Shown here: positions 11,165-26,355 of the stretch, piece by piece
How the letters are laid out: the number at the start of each line of letters is the position of its first letter
Numbering within the stretch: position 1 is the first letter of the stretch
Assembly (NCBI GenBank): GCA_951406725.2
Contig: OX597819.1
Span: 99,758,001-99,822,000, forward strand
DNA length: 64,000 nt
Direction of reading: 5' to 3'
DNA from: Octopus vulgaris
Taxonomy: Eukaryota
Notes under the pieces: model-generated
The model's input: only the letters and a program-made list of their open reading frames with translations
What the model was told of the DNA's origin: nothing
Databases searched by the model: none
Position numbers and translations under genes: made by a program

Positions 11165-13858
11165 CTGAAAATATAAAAATAGACTAATGAACTCAATGGA
11201 GGTTGCTCAATGAACCATTGGCGAGCGACTTACAATACAATTCTAAATTGAAATTAGTACTAAATTTGTACCAGGTGGTTCCATATGTTTGTCAGATTTA
11301 GCCTTGAAATTTGTCACTGAGTAGAAAAAAAAAGACCGGTCATGATTATCCCACGTTTTGTTATTTTTCAGACATCTTGAACTGCATTATTCAATGAGTA
11401 CTTTCTTTCTAAGATGGTAATACATATAATTTGAAAGACATTTTGGCGCTATTTCTAGCAATTGAAGCAACCATAATCGGGCTTCCTCATTGACTGTTGA
11501 TGATTTAGACCCAAATCAGCTTTGCTTTAGCGGATTTATGAAGGAAAACATTCGTTTTATGACCCCTCAGATTTTTTATCTACTTGCGAGGAATTCAAAA
11601 CCCTATTACCAAACATGTTTGAGATGGCGAAATGTGGTTTGACGAAAATTTAGTTGCTATTTCTATAGATTGGCCTACCAAGCATAAGTTCCTTAACAAG
11701 TAAAACGCGTCTCTTGTTGGTATATTCGGTGGGTGACATCAGCGATGTATTTCCATTCACCTTCGTGTCAATTTTGGGGTGGAGATAAGGGAAATGAAAC
11801 TATGGACCTGTCGTTAATGTTTCCGACAAAGGCAGAGTTCGTAGTTCGAGCATACTTACAAACTACCTCTTAATTGTATAACAGCTTTGCTGCTTATAGC
11901 AATGAAGTGTTTCATTATGTGACAACTTACAGCGTGGGGAATTGGCCGTTGAATGTTAGGTACCATTTTAGAGGCAGTACACCGCAAGTGATAGCATTAC
12001 ACACTCCACGGTTATCTACAAACATATTGGCGTGGACAACTACAGACCTTGAACATATTAGTGATAGAATATTTTCTAAGAAATGAAGTTGTGACTCCAA
12101 AGCTCTTGACGATATTTTTCAGGGAAGTGTACAAATATATACAAAAACAAAAATACAATGAACTTCATTGAAAATATATTTAGCATGGATACAGTGACAT
12201 TGTTTCTAAGAGATGTGGATACTTAACTGAAACGTAAAAGTTGAATTTTAGATGGGAAGGTTAGTAAAAGATACATCGTCTTTCACAATTTACACAACGA
12301 TAGGGATTTTAAGTTTTAAGTTTTAGAGTCTCCATATCAAAGGAAATTGACCCTATAAGCTAACATTGCACTCTTGTCTTCTAAAAATACTCTTTCTTAT
12401 TCATACAGGAATAGCTGAAATTATTATCGAGATTATTATGGACTTCAGCGAATTCGAACCGACTCCAGAGTTAGTACCAAATATAAATAAACGGTAGGTT
12501 AGTCCAAGTCCCATACATTGGTACTGTATGCACGTTCCTAAAAAGTACAACATTAAACGAAACAGTACCATGCGAGTCCTTTATAATACCGCCCAGTTTC
12601 AAGTTAATTTTAACAGTGATGTTAACTCAAGGGAAACTGAGAGACTATGATAAATCTAAAGACTCACCGTTGGACCCACCAAGCACTTAACATATATAGC
12701 TAAATTAACATGTAATGTTCTACGTGTAATATTAGGTCATGATAATATTATAAAACATCTAATGTTATCATAAAACTATGAAGCAGTTTAAATTTACTCC
12801 AGTCTCTGGTACACTTTCCACACCAACATTAGTTCATTTGAGTAGCAGCAGTGAGAACTAGGTCAGAATCGGCTAAATCTGGAATTAAGGACGAGGTACA
12901 TTCATTGTTTTCGAGGAATGCATCTAATGCTGTCATTTTCTCGAGGCTTCTCCCATGAAATACTTCGTGATAGCAGGATATCATGCTCATATCACCTCTC
13001 ATTAACACACTGCTAACATCTGCATCAGAGTAATTTTCAATAAAATTGCCAATGACTCCGTAATTTTACTGAAACCGTAACTAAGGAATTCAGTAGTAAG
13101 AATTTTTCCGGTGTTACAGTAGGGTCTTCAGATACATTTTAGTTGTTTGGCCGTGCTAAATCCCGAAGACTATCAGTAAACTCCATGAAACTCTATCAAC
13201 TCAGTCAAATATTCTGTATTGACATTTTGTACTCTCCGTTTACTGAACCCTTCAACGGTGTCTTTCCCCATCGCTGGCTATATTGATATTATTTATGTTT
13301 CCCATGATATATAGTTATCTATGACTGACCATCTGTTTCCTTAACAATTTTTTAACAAGTCTCAAAGTACGGTGAATGCAATAGGTCTTCATATTAGAAA
13401 TTACATCAATTGGATAAGAAATTGGTGTCTCGTGGTCAATAAACTTCTGTAGCAATGCAGGTTTGAAGGCCAAGATGATAATGCTGAAATCTAGAAGCGT
13501 TTTTCTTGGAAAAGGTTGTACAAATACTTTGATTTTCTGGATAATAGTCAGAACGAAGTGATCATAGACATTTTTAAAGTTGGTGTATGTCTATGAATTG
13601 GCTAGCATTGTCATCAATATGTTTCAATCAGGTGATCCAAATGACATTGATCAGTTGGTGGTAGTGGTAGTGGTGGTGGTAGTGGTTTCAGTGGTGGTGG
13701 TGGTGCGAGCACAGTTTGGACAGACTGAAAAGTTCTCCATCGAAGCGATTCATTGAAATAGGGTTTCCAGGCACAGGAAGAGGAGGGTTTGATTACCTAT
13801 ACAATCTTGCAGTAATCCATTGTGATTGGATATCTTCAGAGATGTTTTAATGAAGTAT

Positions 13859-14238
13859 TACTCTTTTACTTGTTTCAGTCATTTGACTGTGACCATGCTG
13901 GAGCACCGCCTTTAGCCGAGCAAATCGACCCCAGGACTAATTCTTTCTAAGCCTGGTACTTATTTTATTGGTCTCTTTTGCCGAAACTTTAAATTACGGG
14001 GACGTAAACACACCACCATCGGTTGTCAAGCGATGTTGAGGGGACAAACACAGACACACAAATATACACACACACATGCGTATATATACATATATACAAC
14101 GAGCTTCTTTCAGTTTCAGTCTACCAAATCCACCCACAAGGCTTTGGTCGACCCGAGGCTATAGTACAAGCAGTGGAACTGAACCCAGAACCATGTGCTT
14201 CGTAAGCAAGCTACTTACCACACATCCACTCCTACGCC
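13859..14238 (-). mobile_element. tRNA-derived SINE family A
   Basis: Colinear with 57450-57863, with a B-box-like GGTTCAGTTCC on the minus strand. Confidence 0.8.
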
Positions 14239-15448
14239 TATTACATGACCATAAATGATAAGAACTCCTGAAATTGGACTCTCAGAACCATAAATGCCTG
14301 GATACCACCTGGGTTAGTTGCTCATGTACTCAAAGTGATATTCCTCACAGCTAGCTACTTCCTGTTACGTTCACAGACATTTTCCCGTCTGGAGACACAA
14401 GAAAGCACAGAAGATGTGAATTCACTACCATACAACAAACGGAAAAGTCTCCTTATATTCTCAGAACCTGATAGGAATAACTGCCAATTTACACTTAAAT
14501 TATATCCTGCCGTCTTAAATAAGGAAAAGTGGAAACGGTAATATTAGTTTTTCTAAGCATCTCTAAAAGGTCGCCATATCTATGGGGGGAATAATTTCCA
14601 TTATAAGTCTGGTCGATAAGATAATATCTAGGCGTAATTAACAACAATGACAACATCCACTACTCAGTACCATACGGTTGTCAATATTTAATAATTTATC
14701 CACTTGGTCATGGTGCCTTTACTGGAGACGTAATGTCTACTAAAAATCAATACATGTATCAAGGCATACCAACAATGATAGACAGTAGTGAGTGGGCATT
14801 AGACTACGAACGAACGATATATATGCGAATATGTATTATAAGAGTATGGCAGTCACGATAGAAGTAGGAACCAGCATTGACTAGATTGAAACAGGAGAGC
14901 TATAAAACAGAAATACAGCGTTGGTATAACAAGAATCATCAGAATGCTCATTATGTATAACAATTTTAGTAATAAAAGACCAGATATTATTAATTTAAAT
15001 CAGTTCCTAATACACTCAGTACTTTATTTTATTTAGTGGAAGGATGGCTTAATTAAGTCCTAATGTGCAGAATTTACATCCCGAAATAAGAGCGAAATAA
15101 ATAAACACTGTAAAGTATGTCTTTTAGTGTTCCATCTGTTCGCACAATTTATTTCTTGCTTGATCTGATATAATATAATTACAAAAATATTTCACCATAT
15201 CAGCTGCACTTTCACTCTGAAATGCACGTGTTTTTTCAAATTTGGTCTCATAAAGATTAGCTTGAGGGGAGATTCTACTTTAAAGTAAAATACTCAGTGG
15301 AGTACATACATTTCAGAGGGAACATTTTCAACTTCAAATTGTGGTTTATAATTTAGGAAGAAGGCCAGCAGATTTGAACGGAGGTTGTTAGTCGATGCCA
15401 TCCATAGAAATGCTTTACCGATGTATCCTTTTTTCGAGTCCAGAGTGT

Positions 15449-15619
15449 TTTGTAGATATTTCCATAGTCTTTAAATAGGTAAATATTTCCATAGATGAAT
15501 TCTTCTTTTTCCTCTTCTTTTTCCTCTTCTTCTTCTCTCTCGGCTGCGCTATCAACTCTCTGTACCCAAACTATTCCTTCAGATTTACCACTAGGGACCT
15601 ACGAGGCATTCACAAAGGA

Positions 15620-15685
<66 letters not shown>

Positions 15686-15889
15686 ACTGACTATCTGAAG
15701 GCTATTGAAAAATTTACTTATTCAAAGACTATGGAAATATCTATAAAATATTTGACTTTATTATTTTTTTCCAATCTAATTGTTTTTCTTATTTTACATT
15801 TAGTTGAAACAGTCTTAAAGGCGGAAACCGGTATTAAAATGTGCTTCGTGATAAAATTATTTTAGCATTTTTTACCTTGTCTTATTTTC

Positions 15890-15890
<1 letters not shown>
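15449..15890. mobile_element. old fold-back insertion with a degenerate hammerhead remnant
   Basis: 15449-15485 is an inverted match of 15712-15750 around a (GA)n tract. The right arm extends to (CA)n and contains GAAA-ccgg-ta near 15825. Confidence 0.5.
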
Positions 15891-15920
<30 letters not shown>

Positions 15921-16031
15921 GTACAGGGGAGCACATAACGGCAAAACAAGGTGTAAAAAATAGTACTCTTATACCAGAGGTCGAGTAATATGATTTCATC
16001 ACAACTGTTCGAAGTAGGGGAATAATAAAAG

Positions 16032-16066
<35 letters not shown>

Positions 16067-17104
16067 ATATATATGAGTGTGTGTATGTTTGTATGTGTAT
16101 TTGTGTGTGTGTGTGTGTGGTATAAAATGAATGTGGGCAGCTGAGCGGAATATAGACGGTAGAGTCAAAACTTAGTCGTCACTAATTGCGACTGTATGTG
16201 CTACAAGTATATATATTGCTAAAAATAAGAGTCAAACCACTTATAAATTATAAAACCACATTTATATATACTGACAGGATAGACAACAGCCCCATGAGCA
16301 AAGCAAAGCTAGAATACTAGATGCACCGTTTCATCTTAGTGGGAATTGTCAACAGTAAGCCTCCATTGCTTCTATTTCCAGACAAAGGACCATAAAATAA
16401 GAAAATAATATCACTGAAGTGAAGAAGGTCGATATACATAGTGCGTGTGCTTATTTGGCAAAAAACAAAACAAAAGAAAAACAAAAGAAAACAAAAAGAT
16501 TCCTTATTGTTCTTATTCTATTGTCTTTTGTCCAAAAAATTCTCGTTGCACCTCCTGTGACCTCTTCAGAGACGCTCCATCCCATGTGTCTCCTCCTGTT
16601 CTGTTTAGTCCATTTGAACGAATATGGACTAAACCAACGTACAATAAACTCTCATACCTTGAGTCACTCTGTTACTTCTTCAATATATAACTTGTTTGGA
16701 TTAAGATTGATACTTTCTATAGCATCGTGGAATCTTTGCAAGTTGCTTGATAATTTAATGTTTGCAACATTTAACTTTTTGTGTGCCCAGTTTGTGGCAG
16801 ACCATGCCTTTCTTTTCTGGGCTCAAATCTCATTTGTGAACCTATAGAAAACTAACGTCCATCAACTAATCTGCTTATATGTCTGTTCACACCTTTCAAT
16901 GCAATGTGTGCCAGAGGGATTGCAAATCTAAGGGAGGCCTCAAAAGAGGGAAAAAATAAAGAACGAGATATAAACCGTGTATACACTAACAATATATAAA
17001 TAGACAGCCCTCGGCACACCATTATATCTATACTCACATTTTTCCCACTCAAATTGATTAAATGATTAAAAACTGCAATCTTGTACTAAATGCTAAATTT
17101 GATA

Positions 17105-17321
17105 CTCATATTAATGAAAAGTTCGTGGTTTTGTGTAAAAGAAAATACAGGAGGAACAGTTAATTATGGTTTTATTCAACATATTCCCCTCTAAGATTCA
17201 CACACTTATTGCAACAACCCTTCAATTTTTCTGAGCCCTCTAAAAGAGTTCCGAAGCTTGGTTCTCCAACCAGGCCTTTAGCTATACCTTAAACCCAGGA
17301 ACTTTTCAGCACCCCTTAGTA
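17105..17321. mobile_element. mariner-derived MITE
   Basis: Imperfect TIRs tgaaaagttcgtgg / ccaggaacttttca. The interior contains the reverse complement of a mariner C-terminal KCV.L.GEYVE* coding end. Confidence 0.6.
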
Positions 17322-17394
17322 TTAAAGTACATTATTTTGTTTTTAGAAGTAATTATTTAAAAATATGATGGAGTGTATTTACTTTTGACGTCAT

Positions 17395-17459
<65 letters not shown>

Positions 17460-17570
17460 GAGAGAGAGAGAAATGGATAGATATGTATAAGTATGTATAT
17501 ATGTGTGTGTGTGTGTGTGTGCGAATGTTTATAGATAAGTATGTTATTCTTTTCTACTTTTTCTTGGGAG

Positions 17571-17930
17571 GGGGCCAGTCGATTAAATCGACCCCAGTAC
17601 GCAAGTGTTACTTAAATTATTGACCCCGAAAGGATTAAAGGCAAAGTCGACCTCTGCAGAATTTGAACTCAGAACGTAGCGACAGGCGAAATACCTATTT
17701 CTTTACTACCCACAAGGAGCTAAACACAGAGGGGGACAAACAAGGACAGACAAATGGATTAAGTCGATTTCATCGACCTCAGTGCGTAACTGGTACTTAT
17801 TTTCATCGACCCCGAAAAGATGAAAGGCAAAGTCGACCTCGGCGTAATTTGAACTTAGAACGTAACGGCAGACGAAATACGGCTACGCACTTCGCCCGGC
17901 GTGCTAACGTTTCTGCCAGCTCGCTGCCTT
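17571..17930 (-). mobile_element. tRNA-derived SINE family B (one full copy plus one adjacent partial copy)
   Basis: Reverse complement of 34597-34827 (gagctggcagaaacgttagcac...gttcaaatt.cgccgaggtcgac). Confidence 0.8.
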
Positions 17931-18499
17931 ATAGACAAGTATATATATACACGTACAGACATGTAGCTATATACACAATAGTACATTATATCACATATTA
18001 CATTACATTATATCATATATACTCCGAAGGACCCTTTTTCTTTGACCATAATATATTATGCAAAACATATTTACTACGTCCTTTAGAAATATATAGTTTT
18101 GTATAAATAATTAAATACTAACTACTATATTACCCTTATAAGTTACATGCCTTATATTGTACACAATTTCCAATCTGGTAGAAGCGAAAACTATTGTCAT
18201 TCAAATTACATAATGATCAGTTATAGATGAGAACAGGTTTTTTGTACATTCATAAATATTACATTAGCAATTATGCATAGTAACTGTTAGAACTCCTTAA
18301 CTCAACAGAAAGAAACGAAAGTTAGTGTCTTTAATTTATTCGTAATGATATACAATTTTCTGAACGAAAACCAGACGTCTGTATTAAGCAATTTTTAAAT
18401 AAATATGAGTTTAACTATCTCATGTGTGTGATATATGAAATATGTGAATGTAATGTATCTATCTATCTATCTACATATCTATCTACATATCTATCTACA

Positions 18500-18590
<91 letters not shown>

Positions 18591-18677
18591 TTATCTATCT
18601 ATCTGTGTGTGTATTTATACATACATTTACATATACAAATGTATGTATATAGGCATATATATATTATATGTTTTTTT

Positions 18678-18950
18678 GGTCAAGCAAATCGAACCTAGGA
18701 CCTATTTTGAGCCTATTTCTTATCCTATCAACTCTTTGGTCGAACCGCTAAGTTATGAAGACATCAACACAACATCACCAGTTGTCAAGTGGCGGTGGGG
18801 ACAAAGACACTTACAAAGACATACACAAAGAAACACACACACACACACTCAATGACACACATACATACCTACATATAAGTGTGTATGTGTGAGTGCACGC
18901 GCGTGGATGTATACGAGGGGCTTCTTTCAGTTTCCGTCTACTGAATCCAC
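18678..18950 (-). mobile_element. degenerate SINE family A
   Basis: Retains the caaatcga, gttgtcaag and gggcttctttcagtttccgtcta blocks. Confidence 0.65.
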
Positions 18951-19363
18951 TTAAATAACTTTGAACTTTTTTAAGAGAAGGGGAGAATAAATTTATACTC
19001 TATGTTTATATGTATGACGAGTAAAAATATTTAGGTCTGTTTTCACAGAATAAATGTTTTCGTATTATAATTCCACTGAAAATAAATTAGTACACATTTT
19101 CTTAAGGTGTGTTTGACATATATAATGAATGCAAACATATATTACAGATGTCAAAAGGACGAGAAGGAGTAAGGAAAATAAAGGTTTCACAAATTGTTTC
19201 GAGTCTTTTGCAGTGGAAAATATTTTAGGGTATATACTGTTTGAATTTTGCGGCAAAAAGTTTTTTTGTGTTTTTGTAATATAGGAAAGATGTCAATTTC
19301 TTCTGACACAGATCCGAATTTATGCTTTTTTTCTTATTTAAAACCATGTACGGTTTGTATATG

Positions 19364-19445
<82 letters not shown>

Positions 19446-19852
19446 TGTGTGTGCATACATATACATATGAGAGAGAGAAAGAGAGATGCATACATGCATC
19501 CATCCATCCATCCATACATACATACATACATACACACATGCATGCATGCATATGAGTTGCCATGCTTTGTGCCTTCAACTCCTTGACGGAATAAGAAGAG
19601 TGCTGTTGTGACATAGAGAGTGTCTTGGTCAAATATTAGATATGGTAGAGCCTATCCATTTTCATGTCTGACCACAACTGATTTCCTCGAGAAAAAGATG
19701 ATGAGCGGCAGAAAGTACGAAAAAGTATGAGATAACGAAGGCTGAACCCCCAGGAAAGTCAAAGTTTACAATAGTGAGATTTGAATCTAGAAGCCAAAGG
19801 GCTGATACTGTCATCACAAAGCACTTTATCCGTTATGTATGCATGTATATAT

Positions 19853-19909
<57 letters not shown>

Positions 19910-19980
19910 AATCTATCTGTTTATCTGTCTATCTGTCTATCTCTCCATCTATCTATCTACCTATCTACCTACCTATCTAC

Positions 19981-20054
<74 letters not shown>

Positions 20055-21569
20055 GCCAGTCCGTCTACCTACCTACCTACCTACGTATGTATGTATATAT
20101 GTATGTATGTTCGTACGTACGTATGTATGTATCTATCTATCTCCAAACTTATATTCATATACATGTATGTAAGTGTGTGTGTGTGTATGTGTGTGTATGT
20201 GTGTGTGTGTGTATGTGTTTGTTTTTTGTGTATATGTGTTTGTGTATGTGCCCGCGCGTGTGTGTGTAAAAGAAAGTTAGAAACTTACCATCATGATTTC
20301 TGGCAGAAATCTTTTCACATTACATCAGAAAATCACGTTCTGTAATCTGCTGACGATTCATAGTAATGCTGGGGTCGAGTTTCCAAATATTTATGATATT
20401 GCTTTCCTTCCTTTCATATGAACTTGGAGAGAAAAGAATAAATGTAATGTCAGATGTCGACCTGGCTGTATTTTACTACCTCAGTGCGCATGACCAATTT
20501 ACGTTATTCAATTTTTAATATAAAGCAATGTTCACTTATTGAATACAATAGCTTCCTAAATTCGATTTCCGATAGTGGTTCTACAGAATGACGAACTCAG
20601 AGCTTTTCCCGAGGGAAAATTTCAGCGCGAATCATCAAGTTTACATTTTTGATGTTTCTAGATTGGCTGCCATTAGTAAAAAGATCAGCCAAGCAAAGTA
20701 ATACTGACAGTTTATACCTCGAGGGAATATGGCGGTAGCGCAACATTGAAAACTTTTCTCCGAATAAACTACTCCAAAGCCCTCGACAGGAGTCTCAGAA
20801 ATGAAACTAAGATGGCGTTTGTCGACAATAAGCAAATGATTTCTGAAAAAAAATTTCCCGTGAGATAAGAAGACAAGGAACTTTCCAAAGCTTTACAGCA
20901 AACATGGCTGCTGCACGATGAGAAATATATCGCCGTATCATATACAACTAACTGTGAAGAAAATAGTATGATGATGCTGATAATTGTGATCATGATCACG
21001 AGAACGATGATGACGAAGGAGTTGATAGAGATGATCGTGATTGTGATCACGATGGTAACGATAACGACAATAATGATGACGATGATGGTGATGATGTTAA
21101 TGGTTGTGGTTACGATAATGATGCTGATAATGGTTCAACGTTAAAAATCAGATCGTATTATTTTGGACATTTTTTTTTTATAAAGGTGACATATTTCTTG
21201 TCAACGTGGGAGAAAAAACGAAGGCGATGAAATCAGTAAACACACAGAGTGCTGTTTCATATAAAAGAAGAATAAAATCTATCATACATTTATGATATTT
21301 TCGCAGATACTTTTTTTGGCGAATCAGAATTTTTTTCTTGTATGTTTTTTTTAGAGTTGTTTTAACACAAGGTTTGTACTTTAGTCACCGTTACGAAACA
21401 TGGTCAAAAATCTGTGACACAAATATTTATGTATCAGGGTTTTTACGCACGCACGCACAGACACACACACACACACACACACATACATATACACATACAA
21501 AATCTTTACTCGTAGATATATCTATCTACATAAATATACGTACACACACAGACACACACAAATACACAC

Positions 21570-21611
21570 ATGTATATATATATGTATGTATATGTATGTA
21601 AATGAATATAT

Positions 21612-21666
<55 letters not shown>

Positions 21667-21806
21667 TATGTATATATATATGTATGTATATATATGTATA
21701 TATATATGTATGTATATATATGTGTGTATATATATATATGTGTGTATATATATATTTATATATATGTATGTATATATATATATGTATATATATATGTATA
21801 TATATG

Positions 21807-21838
<32 letters not shown>

Positions 21839-21918
21839 TATATATATATATGTATATATGTATGTATATATATATGTATGTATATATATGAACGTATATA
21901 TATATGTAAATATATATA
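21570..21918. repeat. (TA)n/(TATG)n microsatellite
   Basis: Directly visible in the sequence. Confidence 0.95.
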
Positions 21919-22415
21919 GGGTGCTTTGCATAAACTGCCATCTAAATTATGCAAAAATGAAAATAACACTGATATTTCATTTTAACAGTGGCTTTTTATA
22001 TGGTCGAATATCCCAGGTTGTTCTTCGAAATTCACGATAGGGTCTTTCTCCCGCATCAAACTTGCGTGATACCAACTGAGATTGGCGGGTGGGCGGATAT
22101 CTAACTAGAGTTGATAACATTCGCTAGCAAAAGTACAATGGAACCCACTCTGTGAAAACCAACGGCATTGAGGTTAGCGCAAAAATGGGAGTGGAATAGG
22201 GACCTCCGACATTTCGTCTGGAGTAGAACTTGCTAACCAGAATTGTCCTCACTACATTTCTTTCCCACCCGGTTCTAGTACGGATGGAATGATGGTTGGA
22301 CCATTGAACCGTGATTTTCCACCCCGTGTTGTAACTACAGGTCTTCTGTCGATTTCCTCCAGGCAGGTTTCTAGTTTTGGACTAACATTGTGCACAAATG
22401 CGAAGTGAAGGTGCA

Positions 22416-22545
<130 letters not shown>

Positions 22546-22564
22546 GCAAGCTAGCTAGCTATCT

Positions 22565-23545
22565 ACGACGATGAGCTCGAGGCGAACCTGGACATCGACG
22601 AGGAATACCTGACCCACCTGTTCGGGATGACTTTCGGGCCAGGGCCCATGGACAACTTCCAGAGATCACTGGTCTGGCAGTGCTACCGAGAAGCGCGACC
22701 CGTTCGGGATAACCTCTTCAGACACGGCTCGAGAAACACGGGGCCGACCTGCTCGAGATGCGGTCAGAGCGACGAAACCGTTCTGCACGCACTCGTGCAG
22801 TGTCCAACAATTTCCGACCTGTGGACTTATGTCGAACAACTGCTGTCACGTGTGGGACGAGTCGGTTTATCAACTGAGTCTATCGTCAATATTGTCACGC
22901 CTCCTTCCTTCAAATGGGAAAGAAGAGCTATTTTCATCATCCTTGTGACTATGGCGAAAGAATGTATCTGGTGGACGCGTCTGAAAGGATTGGAGACAAA
23001 CACTTTCCTCTCTGGTCAATCTCTCATCAACTTCTTCAAGTACCACTTGAAAAGGAAAGTGAGAGTAGAGAGGCAAGTTTTGTCTAGCGAATGTTCTAAA
23101 AGAAGATGGGTGAATGTAGCAAGGATGGCACGTATGAAAGACGAAGCCACCTTGAGCATAATCCTATGAACCCAGAAATTGAAAACAGAGGGTTATCCAC
23201 TTGCAAACAAATGTGGTAACATATAACAATATTGACCGAGGTTACCGTGGTCTTTTTCGTAGGCTTTTCTTCCCACGGATAAACCTTATCTGCTTCCCCC
23301 TTTACACCGTACATCATGACACTGTGATACACGATCCCTATTGATCGTTTTTTCCTCTTCCCCTTTTTTCTTCTTTTTTCTTTTTTTTCTTTTGTTTCTT
23401 TTCCTCTTTTCTTTTTTTCCTTTTACCATCCCTTTTGATCGAAAACCTACGCCACTTTTTTTTTCTTTTCATCCCCTAAAAGAAAAGCTCTACCTTGTAA
23501 TTTGTCCCATCTGTGTGCAACCCTGTGTGGCCAATAAAGAAATTT
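22565..23545 (+). mobile_element. Tx1/L1-clade LINE, 3' fragment with zf-RVT region and 3' UTR
   Basis: ORF 22627-23169 reads W..YREA.PVRD.L...C.RC...DETV.HALV.C...W (CCHC finger). It is followed by a pyrimidine-rich UTR, AATAAA and then tatctatcta. Confidence 0.85.
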
Positions 23546-23548
23546 ATC

Positions 23549-23597
<49 letters not shown>

Positions 23598-25628
23598 TCA
23601 CATACTTTTGCCTCAAACGACTTTTTGCATCCAGTTTTCCCACAAGCTATTAAATCATTAAACATTAGCTCATCGTGCACTAATGAATCCCCGTTTTTGT
23701 CCAGTGGCTTTCCCTATTCGTATTTTACTTTATTGTTTTCAGAAATGCGAATTTGCTTTCTCTTTTTTTCCTAACAAAAACCTTCGCGTACTGAGCAATT
23801 TTTGTAATTTAACGTCAATTTGTTGGCTATAAAGCAGAGCAATATTCTTTGGAATTGAACTAAAAATTGTAGAGGGAGACTGTTGTGTTCGTAGTTTACT
23901 CTCAAGACAACACTAACGAACAGACCTTTAATGTAGATGAGTGTTAAAGAGTTTCTTCATATTTGCTATATTGTTCTATAGAGTTCTATAATGTCTGATA
24001 CGCTGAGCTGCCATCGTCCACGTAACTATTATTACAATATAAGCCCATATTTCTTTGTGTATGATACATGACTAGTACCACAAGGAAACAACATTCTCAA
24101 TAAGATGGTCGTGAAATTACATTACGAAATTTAAAATTATTTTTTCATTTGCCTCCTTGTCATCTGCATCGTATAAGAAACTACTGCAGAAGTGTTTAAT
24201 AAATACCCATGTGACATTTTTTATTGTTTATTGAGGAGAAAAAGCCATAGAGCTAGAGTCACGACCGTGGCAGTATTTCCGAGGCTGGAGACTTTAACAA
24301 AATTGAAAAGGATTTTCAATATCTGTAAATCGACGACAGCAAAAAAATAATGGCGGGTGAACAAGAAGCGGACCGACAAAGCGACATCGATATTGTTGCT
24401 CGATCTTAGACATATAGTAACCTAGTCTCCCTCAATCTACACGTTCACATCTTAAGTAAGGATAGTACATGTTACATGTTATAGAATATAATCCTGTACA
24501 TAAAATACGGGATTCTTACGGTTAGAATGCCTTTTCAACTATGCTTAATCCAAGATTAAGCAACAACAAAAAAATGATAACGTGATTGAAAAGCCGATCT
24601 GGGGAGAACGTGTGGAGATAGTGGTTAAAGCATGGTCTGTGAAAGGAAATACAAAATGGCTGACAATTGGAAGAATGATGACTGTCGAATGCACTGGGTG
24701 GGGTGGTTTACAGGAATCAGAGTGATAGTGTTTGCGGACTAATTATTGAAATGTTTCGCTGAGTGGAATTTTGAGAATGAACGAAAGGATTATTTTTGGA
24801 TAATGTTTCAGATGCCCACAAGCATATCGGCCACAGTGTCCCAAATATGGGAACAATATTTCATTGCGAATTTCACTTGAGCTTTGCAGAAAGTAACAAT
24901 ATACTTTGTGCTCAAATATTGTTTTGGTCATGGAGGGGTTCGCTAGTCTCTTAGATGCAGAATTTGAAACGTTGTAAATGTGAATTTATGTTTGTTGATA
25001 GATGTCATTTCTATGCACAGAAATAGACATTCGAATTTTGTTCAGATAGATTTCTAGATGCGTAACATGAATACTCTTGGCATAACTAATCATAACTGAC
25101 GACAGCAGCCTATTGGATGTTAACAATCTGATATGGGAAACAAATATATTGAAAAGAAAATATTGTAGCCAAGCTTATATTTGATATTCATGTAAAGATA
25201 GCATCATAATTCAATACAACTGATACATTAGCAAAATGAAGAGTCGAAGCCTAAATAATTTCTTAAATTCTCATGTAAGGAAGAGGTATAGCCACCCGTG
25301 TATATTTCCAGTATTAGAGTGATCTAATTTGTTGATGTGTCAACGGCAAACAATGAGGGACATTATTGTTTCTCTCAGTTTAGAAAGTCAGCAACCGGTT
25401 ATAATTATAAAATAAGGATCAATAGGAGATATGTTATTAGCTATCGGGTCTTTTGAAGATCGCAGGGATGCACCTTTTATACTATGTGTTAAATACATTT
25501 CAGCTAGATGAGGATATTCACTGCAAATGATCATATATCAAAGAAGCATATGACAGGACTCCACTATTATGTTGATGCCGGCTGCTTAAATCTACTTCTA
25601 GAAAACAGATCTATATAAACTGCGATCA

Positions 25629-26020
25629 CGAAGTAGTATCAAAAAGTTCTCGGACTAGTTCTGTAGCGCACCAACAGATGGCATCACACGGTTGCCTGTG
25701 CAGTGAGAGATAGCAGTCAACTTCATGAAGCAGTGTGCCAAGTGACATCGCTTTATTTACTTGATAAGTTGTGAAACTCATGATTTACAACTGCATGCTG
25801 TAGTCAGCGATTTTGTCATGGAGAGAAACAAATAGCCAGCGTGAAATTTTGCGTTAAACTTGGGAAGTCTGCTAAAGGGACACTGAGCATGCTCAGCATG
25901 CTCATAGGGACGAGGTAATCTCACGGCGACGGGTCGTACGCAATGTTTCGAGTGGCACTTCAATGCGTAAGGACATCCCTGGAAGAGGATGAGCGATCTG
26001 AAAAAGCGGCCACGAGCGTC
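25629..26020 (+). mobile_element. mariner transposon 5' remnant
   Basis: TIR-like cgaagtagtatcaaaaagttctcggact, followed by disrupted coding for ASVKFCVKLGKSAKGTLSML and FEW..F (mariner HTH). Confidence 0.7.
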
Positions 26021-26039
26021 ATCTCCGGAAATGTGGTAT

Positions 26040-26355
26040 TGTTATTTCTTTATTGTCCACAAAGGGCTAAACATAGAGGGGACAAACAAGGACAGACAAA
26101 GGGATTAAGTTGATTACATCGACCCCAGTGTGTAACTGGTACTTAATTTATCGACCCCGAAAGGATGACAAGCAAAGTCGATCTCGACGATTTTGAAATC
26201 TATATGAACAAATTTCCACCAAAGAAATCCACACACAAGTTTTGGCCGATCTGGTTCTATAGTAGAAGAGATTTTGCCCACGGCACTACACAGTGACTGA
26301 ACCTAGGTCCAAAGGATTAAGCAGCAAGCTTCTTATTACACAGCCACGCCTGCGC
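26040..26355 (-). mobile_element. SINE B 3' part adjacent to a degenerate SINE A head
   Basis: Matches 17700-17860 and 57740-57863. Confidence 0.7.

Noticed and set aside
12560-13620. Possible old LINE remnants, also near 24200-24400, 47100-47450 and 55000-55450
   Set aside because: Composition is suggestive, but I could not read a diagnostic motif.
16318-17050. Possible decayed PLE 3' end with CTGTTGA...GAAAC on the minus strand
   Set aside because: The core is mutated, the stems are unconvincing, and no clear protein motif is present.
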